From contig QCQE01000004.1 of NCBI GenBank assembly GCA_003212275.1, positions 3,238-67,237 of the forward strand: a stretch of 64,000 nucleotides of DNA, written 5' to 3'. Both the position numbers and the translations under genes were made by a program. Positions 12,029 through 19,262 of the stretch are shown here, one piece after another. Below the pieces are notes generated by a model. That model saw nothing but the letters and a program-made list of their open reading frames with translations. It searched no databases and was not told where the DNA came from. The stretch is from Pelagibacteraceae bacterium AG-447-N18. Its GTDB lineage: Bacteria > Pseudomonadota > Alphaproteobacteria > Pelagibacterales > Pelagibacteraceae. Position 1 is the first letter of the stretch. Each line of letters starts with the position of its first letter.

Positions 12029-12940
12029 ATGGATAATTCAAGGCTAAAAAAAAGAAGCTTAAGCCAAGAGGATTTGTTTAATCTTTCGGAATTATTTAAG
12101 CTGATGAAGCCAAGAGTTATGTCATTGGTAATTTTCACCTGTGCTGTGGGATTACTAACAGCACCAAACATTGTTTCAACTAAAGATGCAATTATTGGAA
12201 TTCTTCTCGTTTCATTAGGTGCCGGAGCAGCTGGTGCTTTAAATATGTGGTATGAGTCAGACCTCGATGCTTTAATGACTAGAACCTGTTTAAGACCAAT
12301 TCCAACAGGGAAAGTCAATAGAAATCAGGCTTTGATATTTGGTGTTACATTATCAATAGTTTCGGTTGTTGCTTTAGATTATTTTACAAACAGAGTTTCT
12401 GCTGCAATATTATTACTAACAATATTGTTTTATGTATTTGTTTATACAATCTGGTTAAAAAGAAGAACTCCACAAAATATAGTTATTGGCGGAGCAGCTG
12501 GTGCCTTTCCTCCAGTTATAGGATGGACTATTTCTACAGGCTCCATATCACTTGAACCATTAACTTTTTTTTTAATAATATTTTTTTGGACGCCCTCTCA
12601 TTTTTGGGCACTTAGCTTATATAAGTCTGATGATTACAAAAAAGCCAAAATACCAATGCTACCACTAACCAATGGAATAGAAAGTACCAAAATCAATATA
12701 TTTATTTATTCTTTATTGATGATACCAGTAATTATTTTTCCATATTTGATTAACTTTGTCGGTTTAACATTTTTAATTCCATCATTGCTATTAACTATCT
12801 ATTACAATTTTTTATGTTATGAATTATTGAATTATAAAAAAAATAGATTTAACTCTAAGAAAGCAAAAGCTATCTTTGGATATTCCATATTGTATTTATT
12901 CTTAGTTTTTGTTCTATTTTTGATTGATAAAATAATATGA
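12029..12940 (+). CDS. ctaB: Protoheme IX farnesyltransferase (heme O synthase)
   Basis: UbiA-family fold with MTRTCLRPIPTG motif; located in the cox operon. Confidence 0.9.
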   Translation: MDNSRLKKRSLSQEDLFNLSELFKLMKPRVMSLVIFTCAVGLLTAPNIVSTKDAIIGILLVSLGAGAAGALNMWYESDLDALMTRTCLRPIPTGKVNRNQALIFGVTLSIVSVVALDYFTNRVSAAILLLTILFYVFVYTIWLKRRTPQNIVIGGAAGAFPPVIGWTISTGSISLEPLTFFLIIFFWTPSHFWALSLYKSDDYKKAKIPMLPLTNGIESTKINIFIYSLLMIPVIIFPYLINFVGLTFLIPSLLLTIYYNFLCYELLNYKKNRFNSKKAKAIFGYSILYLFLVFVLFLIDKII

Positions 12941-13062
12941 TTACACCTGATAAAAAAACAAAAAGAAAAAATATTATTACAGCGTTAGCTATTATTGCGT
13001 TCATGATTTTCCTTTTCTTTTTTACTTTATATAACACAGGGGTATTTGATAGGTCGATATGA
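12937..13062 (+). CDS. 41-aa single-TM protein between ctaB and ctaG (CoxF-like position)
   Basis: My own translation is MITPDKKTKRKNIITALAIIAFMIFLFFFTLYNTGVFDRSI. The ATG overlaps the ctaB stop (ATGA) and its stop overlaps the ctaG ATG (ATGA). It is too short for the ORF track. Confidence 0.55.
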   Translation: MITPDKKTKRKNIITALAIIAFMIFLFFFTLYNTGVFDRSI

Positions 13063-13592
13063 TAGAAAAAAAGAAATTAACACCATTAGTTCTTGCTGGG
13101 ATTTTTGTTTTGATGTTAGGTTTGTCATACGCATCGGTGCCTCTTTATGAGATTTTTTGTAGGGTTACTGGTTTTGGAGGAACTACTCAGGTAGTAGACA
13201 AAGCTCCGAAAATTGTTTTAGATAAAGTAGTTAGTGTAAGATTTGATACTAATGTTAATAATTTACCATGGGATTTTAAAGCAAAATCGAATGTGATGGA
13301 TGTTAAAGTGGGTCAAGTGAACAAAATTGAGTTTGAGGTAACCAATTATAGTAATGAGCCAACTGCAGGTGTAGCAAGTTTTAATGTTTCACCCTCAAGC
13401 TTTGGAAAATATTATAGTAAACTTGGTTGTTTTTGCTTTGAAAAACAAGAATTAAAAGCTGGTGAAACTGCTACCTATGTGATGACTTTTTATTTAGACC
13501 CAGAAATGGTCAACGATGCGACAGTTAAAAATTTACAGGATGTAACTATGTCGTATACTTTTTTCTCGACAGATTACTATAAACAATCATAA
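13059..13592 (+). CDS. ctaG: Cytochrome c oxidase assembly (copper delivery) protein CtaG/Cox11
   Basis: Cox11 motif YEIFCRVTGFGGT and CFCF copper site. Confidence 0.93.
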   Translation: MIEKKKLTPLVLAGIFVLMLGLSYASVPLYEIFCRVTGFGGTTQVVDKAPKIVLDKVVSVRFDTNVNNLPWDFKAKSNVMDVKVGQVNKIEFEVTNYSNEPTAGVASFNVSPSSFGKYYSKLGCFCFEKQELKAGETATYVMTFYLDPEMVNDATVKNLQDVTMSYTFFSTDYYKQS

Positions 13593-13601
13593 TCCAAAAA
13601 A

Positions 13602-14390
13602 ATGTCAGCTGAAAAAAAACATGATTACCATTTAGTAGACCCAAGTCCTTGGCCTATCTATGTTTCATTTTCATGTTTAGTTCTAGCTGTTGGAGCTGTT
13701 TACTACATGCATTATGAGGTTTCATGGGGAATGTACCTTGGATTTGCTTTATTAATTTATGGAGCATACATGTGGTTTAGAGATGTAGTTATTGAAGCTG
13801 AGCATCAAGGACATCATACACCTGTGGTTCAAATACATCATCGTTACGGAATGACTTTATTCATTGCCTCCGAGGTAATGTTTTTTGTTGCTTGGTTTTG
13901 GGCTTACTTTGATGTGAGTCTTTTCCCCAACGATTTTGTTGGAAATGTATGGCCACCAAAAGATATAGAAACTTTTGATCCTTGGGATATACCGTTAATA
14001 AATACATTAGTTCTTTTATTGTCAGGAACAACTGTGACTTGGTCTCATCATGCTCTCTTAGAGGATGATAGAAAAGGATTTATTCAAGGATTGGTTTTAA
14101 CAGTTATATTAGGAGTGTGTTTTACTGCCTTACAAGCTTATGAATATCATCATGCTACTTTTGCTTTTTCAGATCACATATATGGTTCAGTATTTTATAT
14201 GGCAACAGGATTTCATGGATTCCATGTGATCGTAGGTACGATTTTCTTGGCCGTATGTTTGTGGAGAGGAAAGTTAGGTCATTTTAACAAAGATCATCAC
14301 TTTGGTTTTGAGGCAGCAGCTTGGTACTGGCACTTTGTTGACGTAGTTTGGCTATTCTTATTTGCTGCGATTTATATTTGGGGAAGCTAA
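13602..14390 (+). CDS. ctaE: Cytochrome c oxidase subunit III
   Basis: HDYHLVDPSPWP N-terminus and conserved GFHGFHV. Confidence 0.95.
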   Translation: MSAEKKHDYHLVDPSPWPIYVSFSCLVLAVGAVYYMHYEVSWGMYLGFALLIYGAYMWFRDVVIEAEHQGHHTPVVQIHHRYGMTLFIASEVMFFVAWFWAYFDVSLFPNDFVGNVWPPKDIETFDPWDIPLINTLVLLLSGTTVTWSHHALLEDDRKGFIQGLVLTVILGVCFTALQAYEYHHATFAFSDHIYGSVFYMATGFHGFHVIVGTIFLAVCLWRGKLGHFNKDHHFGFEAAAWYWHFVDVVWLFLFAAIYIWGS

Positions 14391-14399
14391 TTTTGAGCC

Positions 14400-15053
14400 T
14401 TGAAACATAAATTTTTATTTTCAGTTTTTATCATATTTTTTATATTTGTTTTTATTGCTTTAGGCACTTGGCAGATAATTCGTTTGAATTGGAAGAATAA
14501 TCTTATATTAGAAATTGAAAATTCATTAAAAAAACCACCAGTCCAACTTTCACAATCTAATCAACAAAATTTTCTTAAAATCAAAACGTCAGGTCGCGTT
14601 GATTTTGAGAAACAAATTTACTTATATAATTTGAATGATTCTGGAACGCCTGGGTTTGAAGTTTTAAATCCAATTCTAATAGATGGTGAAAATTATTTAC
14701 TCAATAGAGGATGGATACCATTTAAAAAAAAAGATACACCAGAGATAAATATATTGGATGAAAATAATATAGAGGGAACTCTTAAAACACAGGGAAGAAA
14801 AAATATATTTAAACCAGATAATGATATTAAAGAAAATTACTGGTTTAGTTTGAATAGAGAAGATATCTTAAAATTTACTGGTAAAGAATTTTCTAAGTAC
14901 ATAATATATTTAGATGGAAATTATCAGTTTCCTAGACCAAAAAAAATTACTGCTAATATTTCTAACAATCATAAAAAATATGCAATGACATGGTTTTCAT
15001 TAGCGATTTCAATTCTTTTGCTATATCTATATTTTAGAAAAAAGAATTATTAA
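14400..15053 (+). CDS. SURF1 family cytochrome oxidase biogenesis protein
   Basis: TTG start; N- and C-terminal TM helices; GTWQIIRLNWK and NRGWIP motifs; cox operon context. Confidence 0.85.
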   Translation: MKHKFLFSVFIIFFIFVFIALGTWQIIRLNWKNNLILEIENSLKKPPVQLSQSNQQNFLKIKTSGRVDFEKQIYLYNLNDSGTPGFEVLNPILIDGENYLLNRGWIPFKKKDTPEINILDENNIEGTLKTQGRKNIFKPDNDIKENYWFSLNREDILKFTGKEFSKYIIYLDGNYQFPRPKKITANISNNHKKYAMTWFSLAISILLLYLYFRKKNY

Positions 15054-16427
15054 ATGAATTATATTAGTACAAGAAATAATCAGAAAAACTTTACTTTTAA
15101 AGATGTTTTCCTTAAAGGTTTAGCAGATGATGGAGGGCTATTTGTACCTAAATCAATTAAACCCTTTAAAGAGGAAGAATTAGATAATCTAAAAAATCTT
15201 AGTTACAATGATTTAGCGGCTGAAATAATTTATCCATTTATTGGAGATTTCATGTCTAAAAATGATCTAATCTCTTTAATTTCAAAATCATATTCAAATT
15301 TCAGATCCGACGACGTTGTTAAAATATCAGATCTAGGAGATTTAAAAGTATTAGAATTGTTTCACGGACCTACACTTGCTTTTAAAGATATCGCAATGCA
15401 ATTGATAGGTAATTTTTATGAATATCATTTAGGGCGTGATCAAAAAAAAATTAATATAATTGTTGCAACTTCAGGGGATACGGGTGCTGCTGCCATAGAC
15501 GCTTTAAAGGGAAAAAATAATTTAAATGTTTTTGTATTACACCCCAACAATAAAATTTCACCTGTGCAAAGAAGACTAATGACAATACATGAAGAGAGTA
15601 ATGTATTTAATATTGCGGTGGAGGGTAATTTTGACGATTGCCAAAATTTAGTAAAAGCAATGTTTAATGACGAAAAATTTTCTAAAGCAATCAATATGTC
15701 GGGTGTAAATTCAATTAATTGGGCAAGAATTATTGCTCAATCGGTGTATTATTTTTACGCTTATTTTAAAGTTGGAAACGGACAAACATTATCTTTTTCC
15801 GTTCCAACAGGAAACTTCGGGGATATTTACGCTGGCTATTTAGCAAAAAAACTAGGTCTACCAATTGATAGACTAATCGTAGCTACAAATAAAAATGACA
15901 TACTGCACAGAGCTATATCTGCTGGTGATTATAATCAAAAAAAAGTAGAGGAAACAAATACTCCAAGTATGGATATACAAATAGCAAGTAATTTCGAAAG
16001 ACTTTTATACGACGTGAAAGATTGCAACTCAGAAGTTACAAAGGATGTAATGGCTGAAATTAAAAATAATAATTATAAAATTGATAAAAGTGACTTAGAT
16101 AAAATTCAAAAAAATTTTATATCTGAAATGCTCGATGAAAACGAAACTGTTGAAATGATAAAAACCATCAATGATGAGCATCAGATGGTAGTTGACCCGC
16201 ATACTGCAGTGGGTATTGGTGCTGTGAGAAAATTAGGATTGGAAAAAAATTGTGTCGTATTATCAACTGCACACCCATGTAAATTTCCAAAAGCAATAAA
16301 AGATGCAATTTCAAAAACTGAAAATTTACCAGAAAGTCTTAAATATGTTAATGACAGAAAAGAAAAATTTCAACTTCTGTCAAATGATATTGAAAAAGTT
16401 AAAAAATACGTAATAAATTCGATATGA
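15054..16427 (+). CDS. thrC: Threonine synthase
   Basis: YISTRN N-terminus, PTLAFKD PLP-lysine motif, 457 aa. Confidence 0.93.
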   Translation: MNYISTRNNQKNFTFKDVFLKGLADDGGLFVPKSIKPFKEEELDNLKNLSYNDLAAEIIYPFIGDFMSKNDLISLISKSYSNFRSDDVVKISDLGDLKVLELFHGPTLAFKDIAMQLIGNFYEYHLGRDQKKINIIVATSGDTGAAAIDALKGKNNLNVFVLHPNNKISPVQRRLMTIHEESNVFNIAVEGNFDDCQNLVKAMFNDEKFSKAINMSGVNSINWARIIAQSVYYFYAYFKVGNGQTLSFSVPTGNFGDIYAGYLAKKLGLPIDRLIVATNKNDILHRAISAGDYNQKKVEETNTPSMDIQIASNFERLLYDVKDCNSEVTKDVMAEIKNNNYKIDKSDLDKIQKNFISEMLDENETVEMIKTINDEHQMVVDPHTAVGIGAVRKLGLEKNCVVLSTAHPCKFPKAIKDAISKTENLPESLKYVNDRKEKFQLLSNDIEKVKKYVINSI

Positions 16428-16912
16428 AACTTAAAATAAAAGATCAACTACCAGACACAGAGATTTTTCATTTTGTAGATGGAGAGCCTCAAAAAAGTAA
16501 ATTAAGAGAAATTATTGGGAATGGTAAAGTTGTCTTGTTTGGTCTACCTGGGGCATTTACATCAACTTGCTCCAAACTTCACTTACCAGGTTTTGTAGCA
16601 AATGCAGATAAAATCAAAGCTAAAGGAATAGAAAATATATTTTGTTTATCAGTAAATGATCCTTATGTGATGAATGGTTGGGGAGAAATAAATAATACTG
16701 GAGATAAAATTAAAATGTTATCTGATCCATATTTGTTATTTACTAAAGCAATTGGAGCAGAAGTTGATCGTAACGCAAAAGGTATGGGAATTAGATCAAA
16801 TCGTTACTTAATGGTGATTGAAAATTTCACAATTGTTAATATTTATGTTGAAAAAGAAACTAAGGAATGTGGTTTAACTTCAGCAGAAAATTTATTAATT
16901 AATCTAATCTAG
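16424..16912 (+). CDS. Peroxiredoxin (Prx5/atypical 2-Cys type)
   Basis: LPGAFTSTCS peroxidatic Cys motif; 162 aa. Confidence 0.88.
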   Translation: MKLKIKDQLPDTEIFHFVDGEPQKSKLREIIGNGKVVLFGLPGAFTSTCSKLHLPGFVANADKIKAKGIENIFCLSVNDPYVMNGWGEINNTGDKIKMLSDPYLLFTKAIGAEVDRNAKGMGIRSNRYLMVIENFTIVNIYVEKETKECGLTSAENLLINLI

Positions 16913-16914
16913 GT

Positions 16915-16940
16915 AGGGCAGTTCTGTTGCTAGGTGACCC
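16915..16940 (+). repeat. Island repeat copy 1 (degenerate boundary copy): GGGCAGTTCTGTTGCTAGGTGACCC
   Basis: Starts 3 nt after the peroxiredoxin stop and ends 2 nt before the stop of the 16943-17290 gene. It carries two 1-nt insertions and one C>T change relative to consensus. Confidence 0.75.
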
Positions 16941-16942
16941 GA

Positions 16943-17290
16943 TTATCTTTTTACACAAGGAAAAGTAATATATTCTAAATTAAGTTTTCTGTATGTTCCA
17001 TCGCTTTGTCTCTCATAGAAATTTTGATTTCTAAAAAAATTAAGAACCTTACCAATTTGACCTAGTCTCGTATCAATCCAACATCTACCGTTTTTATAAT
17101 CAGAAACTTTTTTATAGACTTTCTGTAAATTATAAAGATCACCTTTTTTGCCTACAGCGTCAACGTTTACAATTTCCATTACGAAACCCATATATTTTTT
17201 GTGACCACCTGTTATTTTGCCAGTCACATAATAATCAGCAAAAGCATTTGTAGAAAAAAATATAAGAATAATAAAAATTAGTTTTTTCAT
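16943..17290 (-). CDS. Secreted small protein (115 aa; signal peptide; two Cys; G-x-C-W-I motif)
   Basis: MKKLIFIILIFFSTNAFA signal peptide. I start at ATG 17290. The track's longer 16943..17389 version reads through repeat copy 2. It shares motifs with the 18464-18802 product. Confidence 0.7.
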   Translation of the reverse strand: MKKLIFIILIFFSTNAFADYYVTGKITGGHKKYMGFVMEIVNVDAVGKKGDLYNLQKVYKKVSDYKNGRCWIDTRLGQIGKVLNFFRNQNFYERQSDGTYRKLNLEYITFPCVKR

Positions 17291-17297
17291 AATTAAT

Positions 17298-17321
17298 GGG
17301 GCGTTTTGTTGCCAGGTGCCC
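17298..17321 (+). repeat. Island repeat copy 2 (type A): GGGGCGTTTTGTTGCCAGGTGCCC
   Basis: 23 of 24 positions match consensus. It lies 7 nt from ATG 17290 and 7 nt from the stop at 17329. Confidence 0.9.
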
Positions 17322-17328
17322 GAGGTAA

Positions 17329-17706
17329 CTAATATGGCGCAAATAAAATTGATACAAAAAGCGATCCAATCCAACTTAAAAAGACCCACTGAGATTTTAT
17401 TCCACCTAAATTATAAATTTTATTCATGGCAGATCCTCTTAAGTAGCAATACACTGGAACAAATATTGCGCCCCAAATTAAAGCGTTGTTTATTTTAATT
17501 TTTGCTTTATTCAGTTGTTGTTCGTCGTAATAAATTGTGCTTACATTTATAATTGTATATGCAATAAGCACGGGCCATAAAGTATCAGCACCAAACATGT
17601 TAATTAATAGTGGTTCTAAAAAAAGTGCTCCCAAGATTGGTACAAAAATTAAAAATACTGCATATCCATTATTTATTTTATTTAAGGGTACTTTTTTTGA
17701 TTTCAT
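17329..17706 (-). CDS. Small integral membrane protein (125 aa, about four TM)
   Basis: ORF bounded exactly by repeat copies 2 and 3. It has hydrophobic helices and no family I recognise. Confidence 0.65.
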   Translation of the reverse strand: MKSKKVPLNKINNGYAVFLIFVPILGALFLEPLLINMFGADTLWPVLIAYTIINVSTIYYDEQQLNKAKIKINNALIWGAIFVPVYCYLRGSAMNKIYNLGGIKSQWVFLSWIGSLFVSILFAPY

Positions 17707-17740
17707 AATTATACATAAACTATAATTATTAGAATTTAAA

Positions 17741-17762
17741 GGGGCGTTCTGTTGCCCGGCAC
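17741..17762 (+). repeat. Island repeat copy 3 (type B): GGGGCGTTCTGTTGCCCGGCAC
   Basis: The first 16 nt are identical to consensus. The distal part shares three substitutions with copy 5. Confidence 0.85.
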
Positions 17763-17801
17763 TAGATTAGAAAATAGCATATTTGCTTACTTATTAAAAC
17801 T

Positions 17802-17868
17802 ACTTCGTTGAAAACTTCGTTGAGAGATCTTCTTATTTTGTCCGGAGTTTGCCTTTTAACTTCGTTGA
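17802..17868 (+). promoter_or_regulatory. Three direct copies of ACTTCGTTGA upstream of the + strand cassette gene
   Basis: Copies at 17802-17811, 17814-17823 (12-nt period) and 17859-17868. The last copy ends 20 nt before ATG 17889, and each contains a TTGA(A/G)A element resembling a -35 box. Confidence 0.45.
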
Positions 17869-17888
17869 AAATTTATTAGAGTTAATTT

Positions 17889-18179
17889 ATGAAAAAAATT
17901 TTTAAAATATCCTTTTTAATTTTCTTTATATATTTTAACCCCACTCAAGTTAAATTTAGTCATGCTATTTCATTATCAGGTATTACAGATATATTTAAAG
18001 ACCCTCTTGAATTGTGTATGGACAGAGTTATAGCAATAGAAGGAAAATACGAGACGAGTTATGCTGCCAGAGTTTGTGCTGGATCAAATAAGGGAACAAA
18101 AAAATGTATGGATCGGATAATTGCACAAGAAGGAAAATATGAAGTTGGTTATGCAGCAAGAGTATGCAATGGAAACTAA
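17889..18179 (+). CDS. Secreted small protein (96 aa) with two tandem Cys-bounded modules (CMDR.IA.EGKYE..YAARVC)
   Basis: Signal peptide MKKIFKISFLIFFIYFNPTQVKFSHA. There is an internal 30-aa period (C43-C63, C73-C93). Repeat copy 4 plus a T-run immediately follows the stop. Confidence 0.7.
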   Translation: MKKIFKISFLIFFIYFNPTQVKFSHAISLSGITDIFKDPLELCMDRVIAIEGKYETSYAARVCAGSNKGTKKCMDRIIAQEGKYEVGYAARVCNGN

Positions 18180-18184
18180 ATTAG

Positions 18185-18208
18185 GGGGCGTTCTGTTGCC
18201 AGGTGCCC
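18185..18208 (+). repeat. Island repeat copy 4 (type A, consensus): GGGGCGTTCTGTTGCCAGGTGCCC
   Basis: Perfect consensus with an extra flanking G/C pair, followed by a T9 run. It sits between the stop at 18179 (+ gene) and the stop at 18209 (- gene). Confidence 0.92.
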
Positions 18209-18415
18209 CTATTTTTTTTTATTCTCAAACCAAACCGCAAGACCAACTATCAACCAAGTTAGAATTGACGTTATCACAGCAATTATGAGTATTGCCATAA
18301 ACATTGAAAAATCTTTTAAGAATTCTGGATAATATGTTTTATTGGATAATAAATACACAAACAAAAACCCAACTAAAAGAGGTTGTATTATTATTACATA
18401 AATTTTTTTTATCAT
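18209..18415 (-). CDS. Small membrane protein (68 aa, two TM)
   Basis: ORF exactly fills the space between repeat copies 4 and 5. Its stop codon abuts copy 4. Confidence 0.6.
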   Translation of the reverse strand: MIKKIYVIIIQPLLVGFLFVYLLSNKTYYPEFLKDFSMFMAILIIAVITSILTWLIVGLAVWFENKKK

Positions 18416-18425
18416 AATTTTTTTA

Positions 18426-18447
18426 GGGGCGTTCTGTTGCCCGGCAA
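18426..18447 (+). repeat. Island repeat copy 5 (type B): GGGGCGTTCTGTTGCCCGGCAA
   Basis: The first 21 nt are identical to copy 3. It lies 10 nt from ATG 18415. Confidence 0.85.
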
Positions 18448-18463
18448 TTAACTCTACAAAAGT

Positions 18464-18802
18464 TTATCTTCCTCGACACCCAAAAGTTGCAAAGTATGTT
18501 TTAAATTTTTTCTTTCTTTCTTTTGATATCCAACATTGTCCCTTACTAGAGTCATAATATATTCTTTTTACTTCAAATGAATCAATTTCCTCTCCATTTG
18601 CATAAACTTTTAGATTTTGACCCAATGATACTGAACTTCGATTAGTCTTTACGTTTTTTGTGTACATTGTACAAATAAATCCTGTAAATCCACAATCGTT
18701 ATATCCTGCATCTTTACCACTCCATTTAGCAGAATTAACATAACTTCCGGCAAATGCGGGAGAATGAATTAATAAAAAAATAAATAAAAAAAATCTTATC
18801 AT
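18464..18802 (-). CDS. Secreted small protein (112 aa; signal peptide; four Cys; G-x-C-W-I motif)
   Basis: MIRFFLFIFLLIHSPAFA signal peptide. KGQCWIS and C-terminal FGCRGR resemble NGRCWID and FPCVKR of the 16943-17290 product. Confidence 0.7.
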   Translation of the reverse strand: MIRFFLFIFLLIHSPAFAGSYVNSAKWSGKDAGYNDCGFTGFICTMYTKNVKTNRSSVSLGQNLKVYANGEEIDSFEVKRIYYDSSKGQCWISKERKKKFKTYFATFGCRGR

Positions 18803-18811
18803 AACTTAAAA

Positions 18812-18835
18812 GGGGCGTTCTGTTGCCAGGTGCCC
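18812..18835 (+). repeat. Island repeat copy 6 (type A, consensus)
   Basis: All 24 nt are identical to copy 4. It lies 9 nt from ATG 18802. Confidence 0.92.
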
Positions 18836-18896
18836 TCGACTTTATTTGATTATAGCCAATTATTTTTCCAAAAAAACTCTAATTTTTACGTACTAG

Positions 18897-18931
18897 GACG
18901 AGTAAATGACGAGTGAAAATCAACTCGTTTT
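18897..18931 (+). promoter_or_regulatory. GACGAGT-N4-GACGAGT plus inverted ACTCGT (hairpin plus TTTT) upstream of the lipoprotein mini-operon
   Basis: GACGAGT at 18897-18903 and 18908-18914. ACGAGT (18909-14) is complementary to ACTCGT (18923-28) across an 8-nt loop. A homologous element lies at 19228-19251. Confidence 0.4.
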
Positions 18932-18959
18932 AATTTATAAGATCTGTTAAAATTACGTA

Positions 18960-19103
18960 ATGAAAATTTTAAAGATTTTTATACTATTTTCTATATCATT
19001 AACTTTTGCTGGTTGTGATTTAGCATACTTCGACTGCAAAAGAGAGATGAAGAAAGTAACAGACTCCGCTACAGCAGCTCGTGTTTGTAAAAATAAATCA
19101 TAG
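18960..19103 (+). CDS. 47-aa lipoprotein with one AARVC-type Cys module
   Basis: My own translation is MKILKIFILFSISLTFAGCDLAYFDCKREMKKVTDSATAARVCKNKS, with lipobox LTFAG|C. The AARVC motif is shared with the 17889-18179 product. It is not in the ORF track. Confidence 0.6.
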   Translation: MKILKIFILFSISLTFAGCDLAYFDCKREMKKVTDSATAARVCKNKS

Positions 19104-19106
19104 AGA

Positions 19107-19220
19107 ATGGGAGCAATTAGAGATCTAGTAGCTGATATCTTAGGCGTTTCACCAGATGTCGCAACTTTCATAATTGGTGTTCCGTTTTTTTTACTTGCAA
19201 TATATCTTATGAAAAAATAA
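19107..19220 (+). CDS. 37-aa single-TM protein
   Basis: My own translation is MGAIRDLVADILGVSPDVATFIIGVPFFLLAIYLMKK. It starts 3 nt after the lipoprotein stop and is followed by a hairpin and T-run. Confidence 0.45.
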   Translation: MGAIRDLVADILGVSPDVATFIIGVPFFLLAIYLMKK

Positions 19221-19227
19221 TTTTTGT

Positions 19228-19262
19228 GACGAGTACAGGACGAGTCACTCGGTTGTATTTTT
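19228..19262 (+). terminator. Candidate intrinsic terminator / second GACGAGT-N4-GACGAGT element
   Basis: GACGAGT at 19228-34 and 19239-45. CGAGT (19230-34) is complementary to ACTCG (19247-51), followed by GTTGTATTTTT. Confidence 0.4.

Noticed and set aside
16943-17389. Longer 148-aa version of the first island ORF from the six-frame track
   Set aside because: The N-terminal 33 residues read through repeat copy 2 (translated ...GTWQQNAPL...). They overlap the next gene's 3' end, and a canonical signal peptide begins exactly at the internal ATG 17290.
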